DNA of 38,975 bases from a virus. Its lineage: Duplodnaviria; Caudoviricetes. Location: positions 1 to 38,975 of IMG/VR virus record IMGVR_UViG_3300005805_000203, one strand, 5' to 3'. Every line of letters begins with the position of its first letter. The first letter of the stretch is position 1. A program made the translations under genes and the position numbers. Below, in pieces: positions 1 through 9,495 of this stretch. A model generated the notes under the pieces. That model was not told where the DNA came from, ran no database searches, and saw only the letters and a list, made by a program, of their open reading frames with translations.

Positions 1-1
1 G

Positions 2-640
2 CCATACATCAACTGGCAGTTCCGCCGCGCCCCCGGCTTCTTTGATGTGGTTTGCTATACGGGGAATTCAACGGCTAGAACCATCTCTCACAACCTTAGT
101 GTTGTGCCTGAGATGATGATCTTAAAAAGCCGTTCTCATGCTGCAAATTGGCTTGTTTACCACGCAGCAATGGGGAATACAAAATATTTCCGCATGAACA
201 CATCTGATGCGGTGTTGACTGCCACAGTTTGGAACGACACAACGCCAACTTCGACCGTTTTTAGCGTTGGCTCGGGAGCAACTGAGAACGGGAATGCATA
301 TAACTACGTTTGGTATGGCTTCGCCTCCTGCCCCGGCGTCAGCAAGGTCGGCTCATACACCGGCACTGGCACTACGCTTCAGATCGACTGCGGATTCACA
401 GGCGGTGCTCGGTTCGTGCTCATTAAGCGCACCGACAGCACGGGTGATTGGTACGTCTGGGACAGTGCACGGGGAATCGTGTCGGGTAACGATCCATACC
501 TGCTCTTGAACACTTCTGGTGCGGAAGTTCAGGGCACCGACTACATCGACACCTACAGCGCAGGGTTTGAGATCAGCAGCACCGCGCCTGCGGCTATCAA
601 CGCGAACGGTGGATCATTTATCTTCCTCGCCATCGCATAA
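2..640 (+). CDS. Phage tail/virion structural protein (DUF7483-like repeat domain), 5'-truncated
   Basis: Frame is open from position 2 (PYINWQFRRAPGFFDVVCYTGN...). Motifs GVSKVGSYTGTG, CGFTGGARFVLIKRTDSTGDWYVWDSARG and NANGGSFIFLAIA are typical of phage tail proteins. Confidence 0.75.
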   Translation, partial: PYINWQFRRAPGFFDVVCYTGNSTARTISHNLSVVPEMMILKSRSHAANWLVYHAAMGNTKYFRMNTSDAVLTATVWNDTTPTSTVFSVGSGATENGNAYNYVWYGFASCPGVSKVGSYTGTGTTLQIDCGFTGGARFVLIKRTDSTGDWYVWDSARGIVSGNDPYLLLNTSGAEVQGTDYIDTYSAGFEISSTAPAAINANGGSFIFLAIA

Positions 641-649
641 GGAGCAATC

Positions 650-1138
650 ATGGAAATCAGAATCAGGGCCACGGGCCAAGTGATGTTGGAGGATGAACTC
701 CGACGTTGGGCTAAAGACAACGGTGGCCCCGTATGGGATCGTACCACGGACGAAGTGCTAGAGGCTTTGGGGGCTGATGTGGTCTTCGAAGGCCCACAGG
801 CTACAGGAGCTACTGTTTATCAGTTCTCCATGCGTCAAGGCGTGAAGCAGGTGGATGGTAAGTGGTACACCAAGCACGTTCTTGGCCCCATCTTCACGGA
901 CACAGCCGAAGCCACTGCTGCCGAGCAGGAAGCCGCATACAAGGCTCAGAAGGACGCCGAGCAAGCCAAGGCAGTCCGAGCAGATCGCAACAAGCGTCTT
1001 GCTGACTGTGACTGGACTCAGGTGGCGGATGCTCCTGTAGATAAAGCAGCGTGGGCAACGTATCGTCAAGCCTTACGTGATATTACGAATCAGAATGGCT
1101 TTCCGTGGAATATTCAGTGGCCTGAAATTCTGATATAA
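650..1138 (+). CDS. Tail fibre assembly chaperone-like protein
   Basis: AGGAG RBS; C-terminal VRADRNKRLADCDWTQVADAP...WATYRQALRDIT...WP motif of phage tail assembly chaperones. Confidence 0.8.
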   Translation: MEIRIRATGQVMLEDELRRWAKDNGGPVWDRTTDEVLEALGADVVFEGPQATGATVYQFSMRQGVKQVDGKWYTKHVLGPIFTDTAEATAAEQEAAYKAQKDAEQAKAVRADRNKRLADCDWTQVADAPVDKAAWATYRQALRDITNQNGFPWNIQWPEILI

Positions 1139-1158
1139 CTTGCACATAGGAGCAACAA

Positions 1159-1386
1159 ATGTCTAAAACTAAAGTACTTGCCGATGCAGTTAGTAATGGC
1201 AGTATTCTTGCTACTGCGTTGGAAACAAATGATGGAGTAATTCATGTAGCCAACGGGGGCACTGGTCTGCGTACTCCCGGCCCTGTTGGAAATATATTGA
1301 CATCTAATGGCACAGGTTGGGTAAGTACTGCGAGTACTATCATGCCGCTCGCAGATGTTGAAGCTTTGGCCTTGGCTGGTCTTTAA
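1159..1386 (+). CDS. Small tail-fibre-related protein
   Basis: AGGAG RBS; VANGGTG and GNILTSNGTGWVS fibre-repeat motifs. Confidence 0.6.
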   Translation: MSKTKVLADAVSNGSILATALETNDGVIHVANGGTGLRTPGPVGNILTSNGTGWVSTASTIMPLADVEALALAGL

Positions 1387-1402
1387 TACGAGGAATTAAA
1401 AA

Positions 1403-2287
1403 ATGCCAATCAATTTTACCACTTACGAATCAGCGCTCCAGTCAAAGCTCAATGCAGCTACTGCGAATTCAGCGCCCACAGAATTGCTGTTGCTTGCTAA
1501 AGCAGCGGAGTCATCCATTGGAAATATCACTGTCTCAGACATCCAAAGCACCGGCACTACACAAGTCGCTGCTGTCAATGCCGCAGGGTCAACGCAGGTT
1601 GCTTCTGTTAACTCCGCAGGATCGACACAGGTTTCTGCTGTTAACTCCGCAGGATCGACGCAGCTTACTAATCTGCAAAACTATTGGACGCAGGTTTCTA
1701 CTGGCGCTCCCGCTGCGTTGGACACACTGTCTGAGTTGGCAACAGCATTGAATAACGATGCTAGCTTTGCATCAACTGTGGCAAATTCGATTGCTGCGCG
1801 AGTGAATAAAGCCGGTGATACAATGACTGGTACACTGGCAATTGGTACAGAGCCTGTCGCAAACAATGGTATTTTGCAGCTTGGTGCTCATGCTAGTGTT
1901 GAAACATTGTTTGAACTGGCTACAGTTTCTGCTTCAGCCCCTGCTTCGACCACTAGCTTTGATGTTATGAGTCAAGCGGTGCAGTTCTTTACCTCTAACT
2001 CAGCAAACAACTGGACATTGAATTTGCGTGGTAACAGCAGCACAACGCTGAATTCGATTATGCAAGTTGGTCAATCGCTTACGGTTGCCGTTCTTGTTAC
2101 CAATGGTGGTAGCGCATACTACCAAACTGGTTTCCAAGTTGACGGTAGCAGCGTAACTGTTCGTTGGTCGGGTGGAAATACTCCGTCATCTGGCAACGCT
2201 AATAGCATCGACGTTTATTCGATCACTGTTATCAAGACGGCTAATGCTACTTTCACTGCCCTTGGCGCTCAAACACGCTTCGCTTAA
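1403..2287 (+). CDS. Tail fibre protein
   Basis: GAGG RBS; GAPAALDTLSELATALNNDASF and KAGDTMTG fibre motifs; C-terminal WSGGNTPS...IDVYSITVIKT domain. Confidence 0.8.
   Translation: MPINFTTYESALQSKLNAATANSAPTELLLLAKAAESSIGNITVSDIQSTGTTQVAAVNAAGSTQVASVNSAGSTQVSAVNSAGSTQLTNLQNYWTQVSTGAPAALDTLSELATALNNDASFASTVANSIAARVNKAGDTMTGTLAIGTEPVANNGILQLGAHASVETLFELATVSASAPASTTSFDVMSQAVQFFTSNSANNWTLNLRGNSSTTLNSIMQVGQSLTVAVLVTNGGSAYYQTGFQVDGSSVTVRWSGGNTPSSGNANSIDVYSITVIKTANATFTALGAQTRFA
1559..1663 (+). repeat. Intragenic 33-bp tandem repeat (about 3 copies of TQV[AS][AS]VN[SA]AGS)
   Basis: acacaagtcgctgctgtcaatgccgcagggtca / acgcaggttgcttctgttaactccgcaggatcg / acacaggtttctgctgttaactccgcaggatcg. Confidence 0.9.
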
Positions 2288-2303
2288 TCAATAGGAAATT
2301 AGC

Positions 2304-2579
2304 ATGACTACATCACATCCTTATCCCGACGCACAAACCCCCGCTGATATTCTGACAGATGATCAGAAACGTGCTCTTGATCGTTTGGGCATGCAATCAT
2401 TGATCGCACATCTTGAGGCTCGTCCTTCGCAAGTTCCTGAAGAACATTGGCCCAAGATTATGCGAGCCAATCTTCCTCGTGTAGTTGCCGCTGTTGCCGA
2501 CAATCTTATCTTCGGAGAATGGATTGGTCGTGCTAACGCTCTTATCACAGCCAATCAAGCTGCATTGCAACCGGAGTAA
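2304..2579 (+). CDS. Hypothetical protein
   Basis: AGGA RBS; fills the gap between tail genes. Confidence 0.7.
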   Translation: MTTSHPYPDAQTPADILTDDQKRALDRLGMQSLIAHLEARPSQVPEEHWPKIMRANLPRVVAAVADNLIFGEWIGRANALITANQAALQPE

Positions 2580-2585
2580 GTCATC

Positions 2586-3575
2586 ATGCCGCTGATGACA
2601 ACATTTGGCGCAGGCTCAGTTCGCGGCCTTGGGCGTGCGGCTAGGCTCGTTCCTCCGGGGGTGCCTACTAGCTTCACGGCAACTGGTAGAGCACGACTAA
2701 ATGGAGATGGTGGCGCTAACGTATTTTTCACAGCACCCGTTGATAACGGAGGCGCACCCATTCTGTATTACGAATTAGAAAATTCTAATACTGGTTCAGT
2801 GCAGCAAGTATACTCGTCTGGTCAACTTATTTCTCTTAGCAATAACGTTGAGCATACGTTTCGAATTCGTGCAGTAAACGCAGCCGGCCCTAGTGCATGG
2901 AGTAATACAGATACTGCTCTCGCGGGATATTGGACTTATAATCCGGGCAACGGTGGTGGTTCTACAACATTTACTGTACCAAGTGGCGTTTCAATATTAA
3001 GTTATCAGCTTTTTGGTAATGGCGGAGCTACTTCTAAGCCTGATACACGGGTTTATGCAAATTACTGGCAAACCGATTTATATTGGTACGGTCAATTTAA
3101 TAGAATGCCGGGACATGAAAGTCTGTTTCTTCCGAATCTCACGCAGCAGTATCATCGATCATTTGATAGTCAATATTGGTGGTGCTATGACGATCAATGG
3201 GGATATCATTACGGATACACAGAATACTGGTTTGGTAATGCCAGTGGGGGTGGTATAGAGTATTATCGACTAATGGAGTATTCCCCGAGCTATGGCACCT
3301 ATAGAGGTGAGATTTCCGTCTATGGTTATACGAACATTCAACAGCAAGTTGGTGGATCTCCTGCTGCTGGCCCGTCCTATGGCACCGCAACTACAATTAG
3401 TGTCCCGGGTTGGGGTTCTGATAGTAGTGGACAGGGTTATAATGGCTCTCAGGGTTCAACAACAGGAACCGCTTATCCTAGTTCTGGAGCAAACGTAACC
3501 GTTACTGTTGGTTATACGCAGGGCGATTATAGCTATTCTACTCCGGGATATGCTGTAATTGCTTATAGTAAATAG
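2586..3575 (+). CDS. Fibronectin type III-domain virion/adhesin protein, paralog 1
   Basis: FN3 motifs PPGVPT, APVDNGGAPILYY, FRIRAVNAAGPSAWS; TFTVPSGV Gly-rich domain; Tyr/Trp-rich core. Confidence 0.8.
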   Translation: MPLMTTFGAGSVRGLGRAARLVPPGVPTSFTATGRARLNGDGGANVFFTAPVDNGGAPILYYELENSNTGSVQQVYSSGQLISLSNNVEHTFRIRAVNAAGPSAWSNTDTALAGYWTYNPGNGGGSTTFTVPSGVSILSYQLFGNGGATSKPDTRVYANYWQTDLYWYGQFNRMPGHESLFLPNLTQQYHRSFDSQYWWCYDDQWGYHYGYTEYWFGNASGGGIEYYRLMEYSPSYGTYRGEISVYGYTNIQQQVGGSPAAGPSYGTATTISVPGWGSDSSGQGYNGSQGSTTGTAYPSSGANVTVTVGYTQGDYSYSTPGYAVIAYSK

Positions 3576-3599
3576 TTATCAACTGGGTAAGAAACAATC

Positions 3600-4589
3600 A
3601 TGCCTCTAATGACAACCTTTGGTGCCGGGTCTGTTCGTGGCCTTGGTCGCGCCGCACGACTCGTTCCTCCGGGAGCGCCCGTTAACTTTTCAGCAACTGG
3701 ACGCACAAGGGCGGATGGAGCAGGTGGTGCTACTGTTAGCTTTACACCTCCGGTCGATAATGGTGGAGCACCAATTACTGCGTATCACGTTCAGAATGTA
3801 ACTGATAACTCATTTCAGGTAATATCGTCTAGTGGTGAGGTAGTAAGTCTTTCAAATAATACTGAAAAGACGTTTCGTGTACGCGCTGTAAATGCCGCAG
3901 GCCCCGGTGAATGGAGCAATACCGACACGGCGCTCGCTGGATATTGGACTTATAACCCGGGCAATGGTGGCGGAAGTACTAGTTTCACAGTGCCAAGTGG
4001 TATTACTTCTATTGTATATCAGCTTTGGAGTAATGGCGGAGCCACTTCTAAGCCAGATACAAGAACATATACGACTATGTATCCTGCAAGTCTTGACTGG
4101 TGGGGGCCTAGCATTATTTATAATCCTCCTTTTGGTTTTTACTATGAGTGGCAGTATCATCGCCAATATGAATGGCTTAGTTGGTGGACTTATGATGAAA
4201 ACTGGAATTATATGTATGGTAATCTTCAATACGGTTGGAGCAATTTCCAACAGGGCAGTCATGAATATTATTATGTATATACACAGAATAGTGGCCCCGG
4301 ATGGAATAGCAATCAGCACGTTGGATGGTTTGTCGTGTCGCCCAGTTCATATCAAGCAGTAGCTAGTGGTTCTGCCGCACAAGGCCCCATGCCCGGCACA
4401 GCGTCAACCATCAACATTCCCGGATGGGGATCTGACTCTACAGGTTCTGGATATAACGGAAGTCAGTCTGCAACATCAGGGACAGCTTATCCATCGGCAA
4501 ACGCGAATATCACCGTCAACATTGGATATAGCAATGGCGATTACAGTTATTCAACACCGGGTGCGGCTAGTATTTCCTATGGTAGATAA
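3600..4589 (+). CDS. Fibronectin type III-domain virion/adhesin protein, paralog 2
   Basis: Same length (329 aa) and identical first 25 residues as paralog 1; FN3 motifs; divergent aromatic core. Confidence 0.8.
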   Translation: MPLMTTFGAGSVRGLGRAARLVPPGAPVNFSATGRTRADGAGGATVSFTPPVDNGGAPITAYHVQNVTDNSFQVISSSGEVVSLSNNTEKTFRVRAVNAAGPGEWSNTDTALAGYWTYNPGNGGGSTSFTVPSGITSIVYQLWSNGGATSKPDTRTYTTMYPASLDWWGPSIIYNPPFGFYYEWQYHRQYEWLSWWTYDENWNYMYGNLQYGWSNFQQGSHEYYYVYTQNSGPGWNSNQHVGWFVVSPSSYQAVASGSAAQGPMPGTASTINIPGWGSDSTGSGYNGSQSATSGTAYPSANANITVNIGYSNGDYSYSTPGAASISYGR

Positions 4590-4596
4590 GCAATAA

Positions 4597-5091
4597 ATGG
4601 AACCAATCACCGGCATCCTTGCAGCAGTGTCGGCGGCTAATGCCGCCTTCGGTGCCGTCAAAAAGCTTGTAGCTACGGGTCGCGAGATACAGGACGTTGC
4701 CGGTCAAATTGGCAAATGGTATGGAGCCTTTGGTGACTTCAATCGCCTTGCCACTGAGAAAGCCAATAAAAGGCAATCCGTTTTTAAGCGTCTGCTGCAC
4801 GATGATAGCGTAGAGCAAGAAGCTCTACAAATCACAATGCATAAGCAAGCGCTTATAAAGCAAGAGTATGAGTTGAAGATTTTGATCATCGCTCACTATG
4901 GCGAGAACGTTTATAACGAAATGATTATGGAGCGTATTCGCCTCAAGAAAGAGCGTGAGAAGAAAGAACGCGAGCATCGTCTTCGACAGCAGGCATTTAT
5001 GCTTAACGTTAAATATGGCACAGCCATTGCGTTTTTGTTAACAGCAGTTGTGGCTGTTGGTTACTATATTATCGACAGCGTGCAACGATGA
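4597..5091 (+). CDS. Coiled-coil protein with C-terminal transmembrane anchor
   Basis: MEPIT...AAFGAVKK N-terminus, charged coiled-coil, hydrophobic C-terminal helix. Confidence 0.7.
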   Translation: MEPITGILAAVSAANAAFGAVKKLVATGREIQDVAGQIGKWYGAFGDFNRLATEKANKRQSVFKRLLHDDSVEQEALQITMHKQALIKQEYELKILIIAHYGENVYNEMIMERIRLKKEREKKEREHRLRQQAFMLNVKYGTAIAFLLTAVVAVGYYIIDSVQR

Positions 5092-5564
5092 GTTTTAAAA
5101 AGCCCCCTGTAAACGCTACTCGCTCTGAAAAGGAAGCGTATGTCAAAGCACTTGCTGCGATTAGCATTAGCATCTTTGCTTTATGCCTTGCTATTACAAA
5201 TTACTTTGCCGGACGAAACTCATCTGCTGTACTTAATAACACCATAGCCGCTAACAACCTGTGGACGTGGTACGGCACCAAGAACGTTAGAGCCACCATC
5301 CATGAAGTTGCAGGCTCTAAAGACGAAGTAGTTCGTCTGCGTAGCGACATGGAAGAAATTGAGGCTAAGGCACGCGCAGCAGAGGCTGTTAGAGACGCTG
5401 CCAAGGTTAAGTCGCCTTGGTTCTCATACTCGGCTATGGCGCTACAGCTTGCCATTGTGTTGTCGTCTGCTGCAATTTTGGCAGTGATGATGGCTTTGTT
5501 TTATGTGTCACTGGGTGTCGGTGGCATCGGCGCTTTGTTGTTCTTTATTGCTTTAGGAGCTTGA
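5088..5564 (+). CDS. DUF4337-like membrane protein
   Basis: Three hydrophobic segments; ANNLWTWYGTKNVR and ALQLAIVLSSAAIL resemble DUF4337; ATGA coupling to upstream gene. Confidence 0.65.
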   Translation: MSFKKPPVNATRSEKEAYVKALAAISISIFALCLAITNYFAGRNSSAVLNNTIAANNLWTWYGTKNVRATIHEVAGSKDEVVRLRSDMEEIEAKARAAEAVRDAAKVKSPWFSYSAMALQLAIVLSSAAILAVMMALFYVSLGVGGIGALLFFIALGA

Positions 5565-5565
5565 T

Positions 5566-6051
5566 ATGTTTGAATTGCTAGGTGGTGGTTTACTCGGTAG
5601 TATCTTTGGCGGCTTGTTTCGACTTGCCCCTGAAGTGTTGAAGTTTCTTGACAAGGGCAGCGAGCGCAAGCATGAGTTGGCTATGTTTAGTCTTCAGACG
5701 GATCTGGAGAAAATGCGTGGCGAATTCAAGATGGAAGAGCGTTATGTTGATTATTCTATTCAACAGCTTGATACCATTAAAGAAGCATTTAAAGAACAAT
5801 CACGAACCGCTAAAGAAGCCGGATGGTTTGTTGCCGCAGTATCCGCACTTGTTCGTCCCGGTATTACATGGGCATTATTTTTTATGTATGCCGCAGTGAA
5901 GATTGCTGCAATTATATTAGCAATGCAGACAGGCGGACATTGGGCTGAGATTTTGCGTCAGTCGTGGGATGTGGATGACTTTGCCATGCTAAACATGTGT
6001 TTGACGTTTTGGTTCGTTGGTCGCTCCATCGAAAAATATAATAAGCAATGA
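5566..6051 (+). CDS. Putative holin (3TM-holin-like)
   Basis: GGLFRLAPEVLKFLD...ERKHEL, VRPGITW and FWFVGRS motifs; directly upstream of and coupled to the endolysin. Confidence 0.6.
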   Translation: MFELLGGGLLGSIFGGLFRLAPEVLKFLDKGSERKHELAMFSLQTDLEKMRGEFKMEERYVDYSIQQLDTIKEAFKEQSRTAKEAGWFVAAVSALVRPGITWALFFMYAAVKIAAIILAMQTGGHWAEILRQSWDVDDFAMLNMCLTFWFVGRSIEKYNKQ

Positions 6052-6515
6052 AAGAAGCCATCAAAATTGCGGGAGATATGTTGGTAAAGCCCTTTGAGGG
6101 CTATGCCAAGCGTCTTCCCAATGGCGACTGTACAGCCTATCCCGATCCCGGGACGGGTGGACATCCTTGGACGATTGGATGGGGCTGTACCGGCCCTGAT
6201 ATTGTTCCCGGCACTGTCTGGACAGAACAAAAAGCACAACAAGAATTAGACGCTCATTTAATACATTTTGCTACGGGAGTGTTGAAACTTTCGCCAATTT
6301 TGGCAAAACAACCCCCTCGTCGCCTTGCCGCAATCATCTCTTTCGCATATAACTGTGGCCTTGGCAATTATCGGATTAGTACGCTTAAAAAACGTGTTGA
6401 TGCCGAGGATTGGGCAGGCGCCCAAGAAGAGATAGTTAAGTGGAATAAAGCCGCAGGTAGAGTCTTGAGGGGACTAACACTGCGAAGACAAGCAGAAGCA
6501 GAGCTATTAAAATGA
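6048..6515 (+). CDS. Endolysin, phage lysozyme (GH24)
   Basis: FEG...AYPDP...WTIGWGCT catalytic region, SFAYNCG, WNKAAGRVLRGLTLRRQAE. Confidence 0.95.
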   Translation: MKEAIKIAGDMLVKPFEGYAKRLPNGDCTAYPDPGTGGHPWTIGWGCTGPDIVPGTVWTEQKAQQELDAHLIHFATGVLKLSPILAKQPPRRLAAIISFAYNCGLGNYRISTLKKRVDAEDWAGAQEEIVKWNKAAGRVLRGLTLRRQAEAELLK

Positions 6516-6712
6516 CTATGGAAACCGCCCAACAAGCCACCGAATCTGGAGCAATGATTGCAGCTAAGGCTGCGCCACCTGCAACAGTGTCGATTGCCAC
6601 ACTTGCCGGTTATCCGGTTTCAGAGATTCTTGTTTGGGCGACACTCATCTATACCGTCATTATGATTGGTCACAAGGTTTATCAGATATATAAAGAAGTT
6701 CAAAAGGGATAA
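6512..6712 (+). CDS. Small holin-like membrane protein
   Basis: One or two hydrophobic helices (ILVWATLIYTVIMIG) and a basic C-terminus; overlaps the endolysin stop. Confidence 0.55.
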   Translation: MTMETAQQATESGAMIAAKAAPPATVSIATLAGYPVSEILVWATLIYTVIMIGHKVYQIYKEVQKG

Positions 6713-6715
6713 GAC

Positions 6716-7027
6716 ATGAATACACCAACAGTCTTGAAGATCATAGGTCGCGAATACGATGTTGTAAAGCTACAAGAATATGAAGACCAAGACGGTGGTG
6801 TAGACTTTGAAACAAGTGTCATTTCTCTTAGGGCGGGGCAACAAAAGCTTCTAGAATGTGATACACTGATTCACGAAGCTGTTCACGTCATCGATGAAAT
6901 CTTTCAACTTGAGATGACAGAACGACAAGTGTTTTGCGTAGTTGCCGGACTCATTGCTCTTCTGAGAGATAATCCGTCGCTAATGCCCTACATCAATGAT
7001 GCACTTACTTCACCGAGAACAACATGA
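6716..7027 (+). CDS. HExxH zincin-like metallopeptidase-fold protein
   Basis: DTLIHEAVHVI...E motif. Confidence 0.6.
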   Translation: MNTPTVLKIIGREYDVVKLQEYEDQDGGVDFETSVISLRAGQQKLLECDTLIHEAVHVIDEIFQLEMTERQVFCVVAGLIALLRDNPSLMPYINDALTSPRTT

Positions 7028-9486
7028 GTAAAGAATTTACTGCTAAGCAAAAAGAGATCGTAGCCCGTAAGCTTGGCTACGACGGCCCCATGCAGGGCTT
7101 TGATGAGTTTTTGCAAAGCTCGCCTGCGTTGTCCATGAAGTACGGCATGATTGCTGATAAATACATGGAAAAGGGCGGCATGGTGAAGAAATATCAAGCC
7201 GGTGGTTTGACACTGCCCTCTGATATTGGCTCATATACACCCGATCAAAAGGCTGATCTGTATAATCAATATCTTGGTCAAGGCTATAGCGATACCGATA
7301 TCCGAACTGCTGCGGGACAACAAACCGACGAAAACTGGCAGGCTCTGCAACGAATTGCTGAAGCGCGTCGCGCTCAATCATTTGCAAAATTCAATACCGC
7401 TTCCGACGAAGACATCCGTGGTCTTTATCGCAGCGTACTGGGTCGAGAGGCAGACGCAGGCGGATTGGAATTTTATAAGAAGTCAAATTTTTCTGCCGAT
7501 CAGATTCGCCAACAACTTCTGAATTCTCCAGAATATAAGAATAAAACCAATCCTGATCCGACGCAACGCGCAACACCGACTGCTCAGCAACTTGCGGAAC
7601 AACAAAAGATTGTTAATGATCAGCAAGGCGCGGCATTGTCTCTTGTTAGATCTGGTATTGCCGGAAATATGTCTAATCAGCAAATCGCTGATATGGCAAA
7701 CTCACAATATGGCAAGTCGTTTAGCGCACAGAACGTAGCTGATTTTATTCGTGATAATAACATTGAAGACACTCGGGGTAAACCGAAAGTCGTTGCCCCA
7801 ACGTCTTATGGCCCGACAGGAGTTCCGCAGCCCGGTACAGTGGCGCAAGTAACAGCGGCACAAACCGCAATCACTCCGGGGATGACGCTTGATTCGTCAC
7901 AATATACTGCCGGTGCTGCACCAACTGCACAGGTCACAACAGCACAGGCTGCTCCGCCTGTTGCCGCTCCTGCGCCTGTACGCACTACGCCGGTTACTGC
8001 CGTCAAAACAACTGGCGCTGTCATGGAAGCGCTTGCTCCTTTGGCACCGTTCACCGGCACAGCGCCGGTCATTGAGGCTGCACAGCTTACGCCTGAGCAG
8101 ATGCAAGCGGCTATGGCACAGGCTCAACAGCTTGATAAAGCTCAGCAGGTTCAGCTTGCACAACGTCGTCTGCAAGAAGGCGAACTTGTTACCGGCCCCA
8201 CTGTTGATCAACAGCGCGTTGAACAAGCCATAGCACAAACACAAGCGGCACAGGGCAGGGTTACGGAAGAGATGACGGTGCAGGGTCAGCTTGCTAAGCT
8301 CACTGCTGACTTCGATACTCGCAATCCTCCTGCGTGGGCAGCAGGTGCTGTTCGCGCTGCAACGTCTATGTTGGCTGCGCGTGGTCTTGGTGCCTCTAGC
8401 ATGGCAGGACAAGCCATCATTCAGGCTACGTTTGAATCTGCTATTCCGATTGCTGCTGCCGACGCTGCTGCGTATCAGCAAATGGAAGCGCAGAATCTAT
8501 CCAATCGTCAACAAGTCGCTGTGTTGGCTGCACAACAGCGTGCTCAGTTCCTCGGACAAGAGTTTGATCAGTCGTTCCAAACCCGTGTGTTGAATGCAGC
8601 AAAGATTGCTGACATTGCCAACATGAACTTCAGCGCCGAGCAACAGGTGTATTTGGAGAATGCACGTCTTGCACAGAGCGTCGATCTTGCCAATCTGAGC
8701 AATCGACAGGCAACGGTGATGGCGAATGCTGCCACTATTGCCAACATGCAGACGGCTAACTTGAGCGCACGCCAACAATCCCTCGTTGCCAATGCTCAGA
8801 ACTTCTTGCAGATGTCGATGGCGAACATGAGCAATCAACAACAGGTTGCTCTGTTCAAGGCGCAGGAATTGACGCAGTCAATTATGTCCGATGCTGCTGC
8901 TGAAAATTCTGCTCGTCAGTTTAATGCGTCGAATCAACAACAGGCTGATCAGTTTAATTCTCAGATTACAACACAAGTATCGCAATTTAACGCGCTGCAA
9001 AAGAATGCGATGGAGCAATTCAATGCGGGACAGGCGAATGCTTTGGCTCAATTTAACAGCCAAATGAAAGCTCAGCGCGAAGAGTTTAACGTCAAGAACC
9101 GCACCATCATCGATCAGGCTAACGCGCAGTTGTTGGCTCAAATCAGCCTGTCAAATACGGCTGCGACAAATGCTGCCAACTTCGAAAATGCTCGCGCCAT
9201 GAACAACATGACGATGTCGCAATATAACAACGAAGTGCAGCTTTATCGCGATCAGGTGAAGATGGTGTTTGATAGCTATGAGCGGCAGGAGGATCGCGCT
9301 GCTGAAATGGCAACGGCGGTATTACAAGCCACCGTTAATCGTGAAGCAATTGATGCAAAAACAAGTGCTGCTCTTGGACAAGCGTTTGCATCATTCCTTG
9401 GAACTAAGGCAGGCGATACATTGATTGATATTGGAAAAGAAATCGGTAAGAGCATCATCGATATTTTCAACCCGTTTAAAGGTTAA
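7024..9486 (+). CDS. Internal virion/ejection-type protein (Gln/Ala/Asn-rich) with a DUF4214-like insert
   Basis: 820 aa; many QFN repeats in the C-terminal half; IRGLYRSVLGREADAGGLEFY...LLNSPEY segment. Confidence 0.7.
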   Translation: MSKEFTAKQKEIVARKLGYDGPMQGFDEFLQSSPALSMKYGMIADKYMEKGGMVKKYQAGGLTLPSDIGSYTPDQKADLYNQYLGQGYSDTDIRTAAGQQTDENWQALQRIAEARRAQSFAKFNTASDEDIRGLYRSVLGREADAGGLEFYKKSNFSADQIRQQLLNSPEYKNKTNPDPTQRATPTAQQLAEQQKIVNDQQGAALSLVRSGIAGNMSNQQIADMANSQYGKSFSAQNVADFIRDNNIEDTRGKPKVVAPTSYGPTGVPQPGTVAQVTAAQTAITPGMTLDSSQYTAGAAPTAQVTTAQAAPPVAAPAPVRTTPVTAVKTTGAVMEALAPLAPFTGTAPVIEAAQLTPEQMQAAMAQAQQLDKAQQVQLAQRRLQEGELVTGPTVDQQRVEQAIAQTQAAQGRVTEEMTVQGQLAKLTADFDTRNPPAWAAGAVRAATSMLAARGLGASSMAGQAIIQATFESAIPIAAADAAAYQQMEAQNLSNRQQVAVLAAQQRAQFLGQEFDQSFQTRVLNAAKIADIANMNFSAEQQVYLENARLAQSVDLANLSNRQATVMANAATIANMQTANLSARQQSLVANAQNFLQMSMANMSNQQQVALFKAQELTQSIMSDAAAENSARQFNASNQQQADQFNSQITTQVSQFNALQKNAMEQFNAGQANALAQFNSQMKAQREEFNVKNRTIIDQANAQLLAQISLSNTAATNAANFENARAMNNMTMSQYNNEVQLYRDQVKMVFDSYERQEDRAAEMATAVLQATVNREAIDAKTSAALGQAFASFLGTKAGDTLIDIGKEIGKSIIDIFNPFKG

Positions 9487-9495
9487 AGGCGTAAT

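Noticed and set aside
2586-4589. Diversity-generating retroelement (TR/VR pair) as an explanation for the paralogs
   Set aside because: Both copies are full ORFs, differences are not adenine-specific and include indels, and no reverse transcriptase is in the window
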